Source: an uncultured Thermococci archaeon (GTDB lineage: Archaea; CAYQAE01; CAYVLA01). From it: a stretch of DNA of 64,000 nucleotides. The DNA lies in contig CAZJVP010000020.1 of assembly GCA_964549615.1 (NCBI GenBank), positions 32,001 to 96,000 on the forward strand, in the 5' to 3' direction. The notes under the pieces were generated by a model that was given only the letters and a program-made list of their open reading frames with translations, did not search any database and was not told the DNA's origin. The position numbers were made by a program, and so were the translations under genes. This document shows positions 18,481-27,851 of this stretch, piece after piece (within the stretch, counting starts at the first letter, position 1; each line of letters starts with the position of its first letter).

Positions 18481-19305
18481 GTGCCCGATGTCCGCTATGC
18501 TATCAGGGGGTTCCATTTGGACGAGTACATACTTTTTTCCAAGAATGGTGAGGGCTCATTCGAAGTCAAGATCCCTTTCTCGGCCGATTCGCTGAATCAA
18601 GTCTCGCATCTCTTGACGAAGGAGGGGCTCATTCTCCCGAAGACTGAGATCGAGAAGCTCTACTCGAGCTTGGAAGAACTCAAGGGCATGCTCGCCGAGA
18701 TGAAGAGGCAGAGCGAGCTCTCCAACCGCCTGATCCAAGATGTCCTCAGGAGAGGACTCAAAGAATCCGAACTCAAGGATGACCGAGCTCCTGTGTCCTC
18801 CGATGAGGTTGGGCCGGAGAGCAAGGAAGAGCCTGAGATACCGAAGGACAAGATATCCATCCTTCCCTCTCCTAAGACCAAGGCCTTTGAACTCATCAGC
18901 CGCCTCGCGAACCAGCACATGGACAAAGAGTTCACGACCGCCAACCTGACCCTATATGAGAAGCGGGTCTTCTCGTTGCTCGTGAAGAGGTACGAATTCG
19001 TGAAGAAGGTCAGGAAAGAGGGAAGGAACATCGTCTACCAGTTCACTGAGCGTGCCCTCGACTTGATATGCAAGGAGCTCGGCGGAACTACTTCCATCAC
19101 GGTTAGTTCCCGCGTCCGGTCGAAGAATCTGGAGGAGTTCATGGACAAGATGAAGGAGAGGTACCCGCACTTCTCGTACTCTTCCGTTCCCACCCGCTCG
19201 GCCTACAAGCAGTACAAGCTGTTTTTCTCGGACAAGTCGGTCAGGAAGTCGGTCGTCGATAACCTCACGCGGATGTTCGGGCCCACTGGCATCAGGATCT
19301 CCTAA
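18481..19305 (+). CDS. Hypothetical protein (coiled coil plus possible winged-helix)
   Basis: 274-aa ORF with gene-like codon usage, TATA-like attaataag at ~18453, heptad segment LYSSLEELKGMLAEMKRQ; no family recognised. Confidence 0.7.
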   Translation: MPDVRYAIRGFHLDEYILFSKNGEGSFEVKIPFSADSLNQVSHLLTKEGLILPKTEIEKLYSSLEELKGMLAEMKRQSELSNRLIQDVLRRGLKESELKDDRAPVSSDEVGPESKEEPEIPKDKISILPSPKTKAFELISRLANQHMDKEFTTANLTLYEKRVFSLLVKRYEFVKKVRKEGRNIVYQFTERALDLICKELGGTTSITVSSRVRSKNLEEFMDKMKERYPHFSYSSVPTRSAYKQYKLFFSDKSVRKSVVDNLTRMFGPTGIRIS

Positions 19306-20216
19306 GTCGGGCCCAGCTCGCCCGAATCCAAACCCTCGATGACCCTGAAGATCACATCCCCTAGGGCCTTGAGGCTGCGCGCGTCGATCTTGTCCAGGTC
19401 GTCCTTCGCCGTGTGCCAGTATGAATTGAGCGGCCCATAACGAAAATCGATGAGCAGGCACGAGGGAACGCCAATTGCCATGAACGGCACGTGGTCGTCC
19501 ATAACGGCGATCTGGGATAGCTTGAAGTGCCGACCGTATCCTAGATCCTTCGCCTTCCGCCACACGTACTCCACGAGATCTTGGTCCGAGTTCCGGTCTT
19601 TCCGGATGCCGAGATGCCTGTCGCCGATCATGTCAGCAACGATGAGCCACTCGGGCTTCTGCTCGTCGGCGCCGAGTTTCTCGGCAAGATGCCTGCTGCC
19701 GAAAAACATCGTGGCTAGGTCGTCGCCCACATCCTCGCCGTCGAAGAATACGATCCACACAGTGTGGTTGAGGGCCGTTGAAGCCAGCACCCTTGACAAC
19801 TCCAATAGCAGGCCGGAGCTGGAGCCCCCGTCATTTGCGCCCGGGATCTCCTTCGTGTCATAGTGGCCGCCGACGGCAATGATCCGCCCCGTCTTCCCCG
19901 GGATGACTCCGATGATGTTCTCCATCCGGTAAGTTGTACCTTTGTAAGTGGCCGAGAAAGCGTCGATCCAGACCTCCAGACCCAGGCTCGAGAGGTAGCC
20001 TGAGATGTACCGCCTGGCCTTGACTATCGAATCGGAGCCGATCGACCTCGGGCCGAGGCTAACCAACTCTTCGACGTGGGAGTAGGCCCGCGCACCGGAG
20101 AATGGCGTCGCGCTCTCGTTCCGCACGACGACCCTTGATCCGTTCGCGCCGATCGCGTAGAAGCTGGCGGCAGCCCCAGCAACCAGAATACAGAGAAACG
20201 CAGCCTGTTTGCGCAT
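19302..20216 (-). CDS. Secreted M28-family zinc peptidase / glutaminyl-cyclase-like protein
   Basis: Signal peptide; GGHYDT, GANDGGS, FFDGED, DMIGD, DDH and WHT motifs. Confidence 0.88.
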   Translation of the reverse strand: MRKQAAFLCILVAGAAASFYAIGANGSRVVVRNESATPFSGARAYSHVEELVSLGPRSIGSDSIVKARRYISGYLSSLGLEVWIDAFSATYKGTTYRMENIIGVIPGKTGRIIAVGGHYDTKEIPGANDGGSSSGLLLELSRVLASTALNHTVWIVFFDGEDVGDDLATMFFGSRHLAEKLGADEQKPEWLIVADMIGDRHLGIRKDRNSDQDLVEYVWRKAKDLGYGRHFKLSQIAVMDDHVPFMAIGVPSCLLIDFRYGPLNSYWHTAKDDLDKIDARSLKALGDVIFRVIEGLDSGELGPT

Positions 20217-20273
20217 GAGAAGATATTAATAAGACGCGGGGGCGCTTAATAAGCTTCTCCGAGATGGCCGGCG

Positions 20274-21767
20274 ATGAGAAGGCGCGCGCTGCTTCTGTGT
20301 CTCATCCTACTACCCTTCCCGGATGCGGCTTTCGCGTTCATAAGGGTCGAGAGGACGCCGTGTTCGCTCGCCGACCTGAAGGGCTTCACCTCCTACTGGA
20401 ACGACTCCTACATCTTGACGATCGATGATATGAAGCTGCGGCTGGTCACCGGGATCGCCCAGGTCTCCAGAGGCACGTCGATCGAGAAGCTCATCTGGGA
20501 TCCCGAGATCGTTTCCGTCATGATCGATGATGAAGAGATCATGCGCAGGGCTTCCATCGCGAATCGGGACTATATCGACAACGATCCTCTGACCCGCCTG
20601 CCCTTCTTGGGGATAGGAGGGCTTGCGTCGCCCTACAACTACGCGAAAGGGATACTGCCTTATTCCCCGCCTCCCGCAACCATTCGTTGGAATGATGCCG
20701 GGGAGGGCGGCCTGCTGAGCTGGAAGTCCCAATACTCCTACTCGCCTGGAGATGCAATCCTCTGGCTCAATCGCACCTTCATCCTGAATTCGAGCCTTGA
20801 TGTTGAGTGCAGTTACTGGGTCACTTCCGACTACACCGCAATTCAGCAGCAGATCAAAGTCACCAATGGCGAGCTGTCGCAATGTCTGCCTTTCCCTTTG
20901 GAAACCGCCTTCTCCCTGGGGGATGCATTGAGCGGGAAGGCCATCAGCCTGCCCAACATGACGCTGTCCCCTGAGAGGTACCTCACCTACCCCCGCGACG
21001 CCCTTCCGGAAGCATGGTACAACGAATCCTTCGGCGCGTTCATCCTGCCGGAGAAGATGTGGAAAGGTGAGGAACTGCCCGGGATGCTCTATGTTGAGTT
21101 CGACCTCGCCGACCGCGACTGGTTCGGGATGTGCGCTTTGACGAGCTATAGCTTCCAGCCGAGGATAGGCGTCGGCGTCAAGATCATCTCGACCGACATG
21201 CCCAGCGGATTCAGGCCATACTGCATCTTCGTATCCGGGGAAGATGATCATGTCATCATCGGCTTCAAGCCCTTCGATGTGCCGGGTCCGTATGGAGATT
21301 TCGTGCCAGCCACGCTGGCTCCGCGGGAGACGGTGTCGCTGGACCTTGTGTGGTTCTTCCCCCAGGCGGAAGAGGACACCATGTCCATCTCGGACTTGAC
21401 AAGGTGGGGAGACTCCGCCCTCAGCGTTCTTGCCTTCCACGCCAATAGGACGAGGGCCGAGGAACTCCTCGACCAAGCGAACGACCTTGCCCGCGAGGGG
21501 AAGGTGGACGACGCCATCGAGAAGGCCCAGGCCGCAGTCGGGATCTACCGGATCCTCGGCAACCTATCCGACGCCCTGTTTGAGGAGGCAAGAAAGGTCA
21601 ACGCAACGATAAGCACTTGGAGGAGCGCTGCCGCCAAGCGAACCCCCCACCCCGAGAAGGGCAGTCGGCTCGCGATCCTCGTCAGCACGACCCTAGTTTT
21701 GTCCTTGATCTTGGCATTGGCCGCTTGGATCTACGTGATCGAACCGCGCCGACCACGGAAGGGCTAG
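20274..21767 (+). CDS. Secreted, C-terminally membrane-anchored hypothetical protein
   Basis: Signal peptide MRRRALLLCLILL, many N-x-S/T sequons, helical (TPR-like) segment, C-terminal TM and basic tail. Confidence 0.75.
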   Translation: MRRRALLLCLILLPFPDAAFAFIRVERTPCSLADLKGFTSYWNDSYILTIDDMKLRLVTGIAQVSRGTSIEKLIWDPEIVSVMIDDEEIMRRASIANRDYIDNDPLTRLPFLGIGGLASPYNYAKGILPYSPPPATIRWNDAGEGGLLSWKSQYSYSPGDAILWLNRTFILNSSLDVECSYWVTSDYTAIQQQIKVTNGELSQCLPFPLETAFSLGDALSGKAISLPNMTLSPERYLTYPRDALPEAWYNESFGAFILPEKMWKGEELPGMLYVEFDLADRDWFGMCALTSYSFQPRIGVGVKIISTDMPSGFRPYCIFVSGEDDHVIIGFKPFDVPGPYGDFVPATLAPRETVSLDLVWFFPQAEEDTMSISDLTRWGDSALSVLAFHANRTRAEELLDQANDLAREGKVDDAIEKAQAAVGIYRILGNLSDALFEEARKVNATISTWRSAAAKRTPHPEKGSRLAILVSTTLVLSLILALAAWIYVIEPRRPRKG

Positions 21768-22228
21768 GCGACGTCATCTATCCTCGCGACCATTTCTATC
21801 GCGTCCTCGCCGTCCCTGTAGTACCCGCTCATGACCCCGACCTCCTTGTAACCCATGGAGCGGTACAGGTTTATGGCAGCGAGATTGCTCGCCCTTACTT
21901 CAAGCCTCACGAATCGCACGCCGAGCTTCCTGAACTCCGAGTTCACGGACCGGATGAGGAGTTTGGCCACGCCCTTCCTCCTCTCGTCCTCCCTGACCGC
22001 GATCGATATTATGTGCCCCTCGCTCCGATATCTGATGTCGGCGATAACGTACCCGACGATTCCCGACTGGTTCTCAGCGACGAGAAAGGTATAGGGATTG
22101 ACCTTTGCCAGGAAACGCAGATAGCCCAAGGGATACGGGTAGCGAAACGCACTCTCCTCTATCTTCAAAATCTCAGGAAGGTCGTTCTCGCGAACCGACC
22201 TTACCCTAAGCCCGAGTGGAACCTCCAT
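21764..22228 (-). CDS. rimI: RimI/Ard1-family N-terminal acetyltransferase
   Basis: GHIISIAV, RRKGVA, LEVRASN..AINLY, YYRDGEDA. Start trimmed to MEVP. Confidence 0.93.
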   Translation of the reverse strand: MEVPLGLRVRSVRENDLPEILKIEESAFRYPYPLGYLRFLAKVNPYTFLVAENQSGIVGYVIADIRYRSEGHIISIAVREDERRKGVAKLLIRSVNSEFRKLGVRFVRLEVRASNLAAINLYRSMGYKEVGVMSGYYRDGEDAIEMVARIDDVA

Positions 22229-22502
22229 ACCTGACTCCCAGGCGTGCAGGGCGCTTGCGGCACGGCTATAAATATGGCGACCAACCCGGGCTCGCATTCG
22301 GATCTGCATTTTGTCGCCGGCCAAGGTGTTCCTCATTCAACTCCGAATGGTCGTCCTCGATCCTTCTTAAGCCCTCTGGCCTGCCTGCCTCCGGCCGTCC
22401 GTCGACCCGTGCCCTTAACAGAAGGTTACTTCCAGAACGCTTTCAGTGTCGACTACCTAAGATATTTCAGTCCTTGCGCGCGCCTCTTCCTCTCAGGACG
22501 AT

Positions 22503-22919
22503 GTGAGCCTCTTGAGCAACAAGAGCCGTGGTTGCAGCTATGAGAGGCAGCTCGTCGACCTGTTGCACGACGCGGGTTTCGCCGCGGTTCGGGTCGCGGG
22601 CAGTGGAGCCATGGCCCTGCCGTGCCCCGACATCGTCGCATGCCGCAAGGGCACGATACTGGCCATAGAATGCAAGACCACAAGGAAGAACCAAGTCTAC
22701 ATATCGGACGAGCAGATTGATGATCTGAACAGGTACTCCCGTATTGCGGGGGCCCACCCATTCGTGGCGGTAAGATTCTCGCACCAGGAGTGGTATTTCT
22801 TCGCGCCGTCAACGATCCCGAAGACCAACCGCAGCACGTACGTCGTATCGAGACGGCTGGTGGCGGGGAACGGTCTGACGCTTGCAGACCTGGATGCCCT
22901 CGCCCACAAAGGTGCTTAG
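22503..22919 (+). CDS. hjc: Holliday junction resolvase Hjc
   Basis: ERQLVDLL...GFAAVRVAGSG...PDIVA...IECK (PD-(D/E)xK nuclease). Confidence 0.93.
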   Translation: MSLLSNKSRGCSYERQLVDLLHDAGFAAVRVAGSGAMALPCPDIVACRKGTILAIECKTTRKNQVYISDEQIDDLNRYSRIAGAHPFVAVRFSHQEWYFFAPSTIPKTNRSTYVVSRRLVAGNGLTLADLDALAHKGA

Positions 22920-22922
22920 ATC

Positions 22923-24002
22923 TTGCAGATCCTGAAACTGGATCTGAAGAACGACACGGTCAAGCTCAGGACCGAGAACCTTGACGACCTGTGGGCGATA
23001 TACAACACCGTCCAGCCTGGCGATCTGGTCCGTGCGAGAACCCTGCGAAGAGAGAAAATACAGACCGATGATTCGCGTCCGGAAAGAGGAGTCAAGAGGC
23101 CGGTCGTCCTCACCGTCAGAGTCCAGAAGGTCGAGTTCCACAAGTATGTGAACATGGTGCGCCTGATCGGCACGATAGAGGAGGGAACCGATGTGGGCAG
23201 CCACCATTCGATCAACATCGAGGCAGGGACCGTTTTCTCGCTCGTGAGGAAGTGGAGGGACGCCGAGATAGAGCTGCTCAGGCAAGCCGTCAAGGAAGGT
23301 AACAAGCCAATGGTCCTGCTAGTCGCACTCGAGGAGGGGGACGCAAGCCTTGCCGTCGTCCGGCAGAGAGGAGTGGATTTCATCGACCAGGTCTCTGTAC
23401 ACATTCCGGGCAAGAGGGAACAGAGCGCGCGGGAGGCCGCAAGAAAGGAGTTCTACTCGATGCTGCTCAAGGCAATCGTCTCGGCCGCATCGTCCAGGGG
23501 GCTCAAACAGGCGGTCATCGTAGGCCCCGAGCTCATCCGAACGGGATTCAAGAAATTTGTGGAAGACCACCCCGAAGAGGTCGCGAAGATGAGCATCTCC
23601 TACGATACGTGTTTCAGCCCGGGAAGGACGGGCATCTACGAGGCCATTAGAAGGGGGGCGGTGGATAGGATAGTTGCGTCCAACCGGGTGTCCGCTGAGC
23701 TATCTGAGGTCGAGAGGTTCTTGGCCGAGGTTGCAAGAGAGGGCCGCGCGACGTACGGCTTGGCCGATGTCACGAACGCAGCGCGGATGGGGGCAGTCGA
23801 CACCCTGCTCATGACCGACCAGCTTTTCCGGGAAAGGAGGGATGAAGCCGATGCCCTTCTGCGCGAGGTCAAGAAGTATTCTGGGCGCCACATGATGGTG
23901 AGCACGGACCACGAGGGAGGCGCAAAGCTCCAGTCGCTGGGGGGCGTGGGGGCCTTCTTGAGGTATCAGATCGAGGCGCCAGCGGCGTCTCGCCGAAGTT
24001 AG
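22923..24002 (+). CDS. pelA: mRNA surveillance protein Pelota (aDom34)
   Basis: ENLDDLW, GDLVRA.T.R, eRF1-like domains ATYG...GAVDTLL and L.SLGGVGAFLRY. Confidence 0.95.
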   Translation: MQILKLDLKNDTVKLRTENLDDLWAIYNTVQPGDLVRARTLRREKIQTDDSRPERGVKRPVVLTVRVQKVEFHKYVNMVRLIGTIEEGTDVGSHHSINIEAGTVFSLVRKWRDAEIELLRQAVKEGNKPMVLLVALEEGDASLAVVRQRGVDFIDQVSVHIPGKREQSAREAARKEFYSMLLKAIVSAASSRGLKQAVIVGPELIRTGFKKFVEDHPEEVAKMSISYDTCFSPGRTGIYEAIRRGAVDRIVASNRVSAELSEVERFLAEVAREGRATYGLADVTNAARMGAVDTLLMTDQLFRERRDEADALLREVKKYSGRHMMVSTDHEGGAKLQSLGGVGAFLRYQIEAPAASRRS

Positions 24003-24180
24003 GTTCGGCCCGACGCGTCGAGATCGGACGAATGCGAGGGAGGGGGAGCCTTAGCTGGACACCGGTAGATCCAACCTGGCGCAGGCGGCTGACGTGTTCT
24101 TCGCTCCACGGCAGCTGAATTTGGGTGCGCGGAGAGTGGGTTGAGAGATTTATACGGAGCACATCCCGGGCATATACCTG

Positions 24181-25380
24181 ATGAGGATCCTCATCACCAC
24201 GTGGGTCTTTCCCACCCACGGCGGCATCATCACGTTCCTAGATAGGGTAGTCCCCTGGTTCACCGCTTCCGGCCACGAATTCGATGTCGTGGCCATCGCG
24301 CCCGCTTCGGATGCATACAAACCCTTCCCCCATCTACCACCTGAGCGCATCCACGGCCTGGCTCAGATTCACCTGCCAAGGCCCTTCTCCTTCCCTCTGT
24401 TTCACTTCATCCTCAAGGTGCTCCGCACCGTAAGAAGGCGCGAATGTGAACTCATCTTCTGCCAGGACCCCTTCTTCAGCGGCATCCCCTCGCTTGTCGC
24501 CTCTAAGCTGTTGGGCATTCCTCTCATGGTCGCGGATCATGGCATGATCACGAACTTCACCGAGCGGGAGTACTGGTCCAACTTTGGATTTCGCATGGTG
24601 TCGCCGTGGCAGTGGATCTCGAGACTTGTCATGAAGGCCGTCTTGTCCGGTGCTACGCTCGTGTATGCCCCTGGCCCCGATGTTGCCCAGCGAATACGCA
24701 CGTTCTTCGGCGAAGCGGCGTCGGAGAAGGCCCGGACCTTCCCAATCGGGATAGATACCGACCGCTTTCAGCCAAGAAAGGAGGTCAGGGAGGCGGTCAG
24801 AGCCGAGCTGTCGTTGGGCCGGTCTTTGACCGCGATCTTCGTCGGACGCCTTCACGTTGAGAGCGGGCTCGAGCACCTCATAGAGGCTGTGGGGCTGCTT
24901 CGCAGCGATGAAAGGCCGGTCGTTCTCGTCGTCGGGGACGGAGTGTTGAGACCGAGGTATGTGAGCCTCGCCGAGGCCAGAGCGCCCGGCGTCTTTCGTT
25001 TTCTTGGGTACAGCGACCGCGTGCCGGAATATCTCAACGCAGCCGACATCTTCGTCTTCCCCAAGGTCTTTGCGGGCGGCTACTCGATCTCGCTGAGGGA
25101 GGCGATGGCAGTGGGCCTGCCCTGCATCGCGACGGCGGGGGTGGACTCCCATGACCTGATCATAGAGTCCGGCACGAACGGCGTGCTGGTCCCCCCCAAG
25201 GACTCGGTCTCCCTCTCAAAGGAGATCGAGCGACTTCTTTCCGATCCGGATCTCCGAGAACGCCTGGGTTCCCAAGCAAGGCGCACAATCTTGGAGCGAT
25301 TCAGCATGGAGACTTTCCGCTCGCAGATGGAGAGACTTCTCTCGGAGGCAGCAGGGCCGCGTACGCGTCCCTCAGGATAG
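24181..25380 (+). CDS. Family 4 (GT-B) glycosyltransferase
   Basis: FVGRL, VVGDG, ADIFVFP, EAMAVGLPCIAT, GTNGVLV. Confidence 0.92.
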   Translation: MRILITTWVFPTHGGIITFLDRVVPWFTASGHEFDVVAIAPASDAYKPFPHLPPERIHGLAQIHLPRPFSFPLFHFILKVLRTVRRRECELIFCQDPFFSGIPSLVASKLLGIPLMVADHGMITNFTEREYWSNFGFRMVSPWQWISRLVMKAVLSGATLVYAPGPDVAQRIRTFFGEAASEKARTFPIGIDTDRFQPRKEVREAVRAELSLGRSLTAIFVGRLHVESGLEHLIEAVGLLRSDERPVVLVVGDGVLRPRYVSLAEARAPGVFRFLGYSDRVPEYLNAADIFVFPKVFAGGYSISLREAMAVGLPCIATAGVDSHDLIIESGTNGVLVPPKDSVSLSKEIERLLSDPDLRERLGSQARRTILERFSMETFRSQMERLLSEAAGPRTRPSG

Positions 25381-26494
25381 CCTCCATCTTGCTCCAGCTG
25401 TATTTCTCCTGGCAACGCCTAGCGGAAGATGCCATCGCCTCGTAGACATGGCGGTCGGACCTAAGCGTTCGAATTGCCTGCGCGATCGCTCCGATGTCGC
25501 ACGGGTCTACAACGATGCCGTTTCCCTCTGTCGAAACAAGCCTACTTTTCTCACCTATGTTGGATACGATTATGGGCTTCCCGGCCGCGATGGACTCGAA
25601 CAGCTTGTTGGGAATGGTCAAGACGTTGTTGGGATCCGTTGCCTTGTACAGCGCAAGAAGCGCATCTGCAGCCGCATCGTACTTCGGAACGTCCTCCGGG
25701 TCTATCTCGCCTCCGAAGATGACCTTCTCCTCGGCCCCCAGCCTCTTCACAAGCGACCGCAGGTCCGCCTCCAACGGACCATATCCGCCCATGAACAGCT
25801 TCACCCCTTCCAGCCTAGACACGGCTTCCACGACCTCCTCCAAGCCCCGCCCGGCAAAGAGCCCCCCTACGTAGAGGACCAGCAACTCATCCGCCCTAGC
25901 AAGGGAGCGTCGGATCTCCAACGCCCCTTGCAGGTGAGCCGGCAGCGGATCGAAGCAGTTCATGACCACGATGACCTTGGCGGCGCCTGCGCGAGTGGCG
26001 ATGTCCGCTATCGCCCCGCTGGTAGCGATTACCAGGTCCGCCCTTCGGATGAGCATGGGCTCGACGAATCTCAGGAACCAGACCAAAGCCCGCGGGGCAA
26101 AAGTCGAGATGAAATCAGGATACGACTCGTGCATGTCGTACACAAGGATGGCCCGTCTGAGCCTGGAAACGAGCAGGCCGGGAACGAGGGTATCCATGTC
26201 GTGGCAATGGACGGCGTCCACGCCGATTCGCATCGACTTGAGGAGGAGATTGATGTAGAAAAGCAGGAAACCGGGCACGAGGGGCAGGAAACGCCCGTAT
26301 GGGGCCCGAACCCTGATCCTGTAAACCTTCACGCCATCAACGATCTCTTCGTGCGGAAGGCGGCATTCCCGGTCCCAGCAGATTATACGAACCTCGTATC
26401 CACTTCGTTGGAGCGAGAGAGCCTCCCTCTTTACCCGCAGGTCCGGCTTGAAGGGATTTGCCAGGAACATTGAAACGCTGGGCAACGCTGTCAC
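25301..26494 (-). CDS. Family 4 (GT-B) glycosyltransferase
   Basis: DLRVKREA, HCHD, YDMHE, PNKLFESIAAGKPII. Start uncertain (GTG 26494 or ATG 26470); the 3' end overlaps the convergent GT4 by 80 nt. Confidence 0.9.
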   Translation of the reverse strand: MTALPSVSMFLANPFKPDLRVKREALSLQRSGYEVRIICWDRECRLPHEEIVDGVKVYRIRVRAPYGRFLPLVPGFLLFYINLLLKSMRIGVDAVHCHDMDTLVPGLLVSRLRRAILVYDMHESYPDFISTFAPRALVWFLRFVEPMLIRRADLVIATSGAIADIATRAGAAKVIVVMNCFDPLPAHLQGALEIRRSLARADELLVLYVGGLFAGRGLEEVVEAVSRLEGVKLFMGGYGPLEADLRSLVKRLGAEEKVIFGGEIDPEDVPKYDAAADALLALYKATDPNNVLTIPNKLFESIAAGKPIIVSNIGEKSRLVSTEGNGIVVDPCDIGAIAQAIRTLRSDRHVYEAMASSARRCQEKYSWSKMEAILRDAYAALLPPREVSPSASGKSPC

Positions 26495-26697
26495 ACCCGT
26501 GAGGGGATCGAAAAAGCTTTCCTTGGGCGCGTCTGGACGATCCACGCACAAGAGGCCATGAAGGAGAGGTATTTTAGCATGCTCAGCCGCCCGGTCGCGC
26601 TCCGGTCAGAAGTTGGCAGCGCGGTTGACCCGAGCCGTGCAGTCCCGCTTGCCAAATGTAGTCCGGAGGATCGTCCAATAGGGAGGCACCGGCGCAC

Positions 26698-27846
26698 ATG
26701 AGGATCTTGGTCGTTCCAGCGATCGACTGGTTCACCGCCCTTGAGAATAGGGTCCATCACCTCGCGCGATCGTGGGCTGCCAGAAATGAGATCCACATCG
26801 TCCATCTCCCATTGGGGGGCGACCCGATGCGTGGGAGCGAAGGCTATGCGATACACCGCCTCTCGACGGTGAGGACCAGGAACCTTTTGACATACTACCT
26901 GATCAACTTCCTGCCCCAGATCCTCCAGATGACCCGCCTTATCAGGAGGCAAGCCATCGAGTTGGTGGTTACGACGAACCTGTCCGCGGGAACGGCCGCG
27001 ATCCTCGCTGCCAGGATCTCGGGCGTCCCCTCCATCTTCGACTACTGTGACTACCTTCCGGCCTTCTCACGTTACGCGGGAAAATCGGCTTTCCTGCAAC
27101 CTATCCTTCGGACCATAGGCGAAATGATAACGGTCCTGAACTTCAGGATGGCAGACGCCACCGTCGCAACGGGCCATCTGCTCCGAGCCCACGCCATGGA
27201 CTTCTCGCGGGCTGTGCTGGAGATACCAAACGGGGTTGACGGGTCGCGCTTCGTCGGCGTGCCGAGGTGGCAGCCGGGCGACCGCCCCGTCTTGGGCTAC
27301 GTGGGCATACTGGAGTTCTTCGTGGACCTGCGCTCGGCAATGGAGGCACTCAAAGTTCTAGAGGGCGCAAGGCTGGTGGTCGCGGGCGATGGCAGAGACC
27401 GAGCCAAACTCGTTTCGTTCGCTCGCGCCTCAGGGCTGGAGGACAGGGTGGAGTTTCTCGGCAAGGTGAGCTATGATCAGTTACCGCGCTGGATAGCCAC
27501 CATGGATGTGTGCCTGCTGCCCTTCCAAAGGAGCGAACTGACCGAATCGGCACTGCCCCTCAAGATCCACGAATATGCCGCGTGCTGCAGGCCCATAGTT
27601 TCCACGCCGCTTTTCGAGGTCGTTCGAATGTATGGCGATCTCTTGGCGTATGCGGAGGGGCCGGCTGAGATCGCCTGCAAGGCAAACTGGATCCTAGAGA
27701 ACCGAAAGGAGACCATTCGAAGGATTCGGCGCAGCTATCTCAGGGCGACCGTCACCTACAGCTGGGCGCGCTTCGGGGCCCGATACCAAGAAGCATTTCT
27801 AAGGGCATTGGGGGCGCGGGGCACAGCCAACTTAGAGGAAGGGTAG
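26698..27846 (+). CDS. Family 4 (GT-B) glycosyltransferase
   Basis: IPNGVD, GYVG, DVCLLPF, PLKIHEYAAC.RPIVST. Confidence 0.92.
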   Translation: MRILVVPAIDWFTALENRVHHLARSWAARNEIHIVHLPLGGDPMRGSEGYAIHRLSTVRTRNLLTYYLINFLPQILQMTRLIRRQAIELVVTTNLSAGTAAILAARISGVPSIFDYCDYLPAFSRYAGKSAFLQPILRTIGEMITVLNFRMADATVATGHLLRAHAMDFSRAVLEIPNGVDGSRFVGVPRWQPGDRPVLGYVGILEFFVDLRSAMEALKVLEGARLVVAGDGRDRAKLVSFARASGLEDRVEFLGKVSYDQLPRWIATMDVCLLPFQRSELTESALPLKIHEYAACCRPIVSTPLFEVVRMYGDLLAYAEGPAEIACKANWILENRKETIRRIRRSYLRATVTYSWARFGARYQEAFLRALGARGTANLEEG

Positions 27847-27851
27847 TTCCC

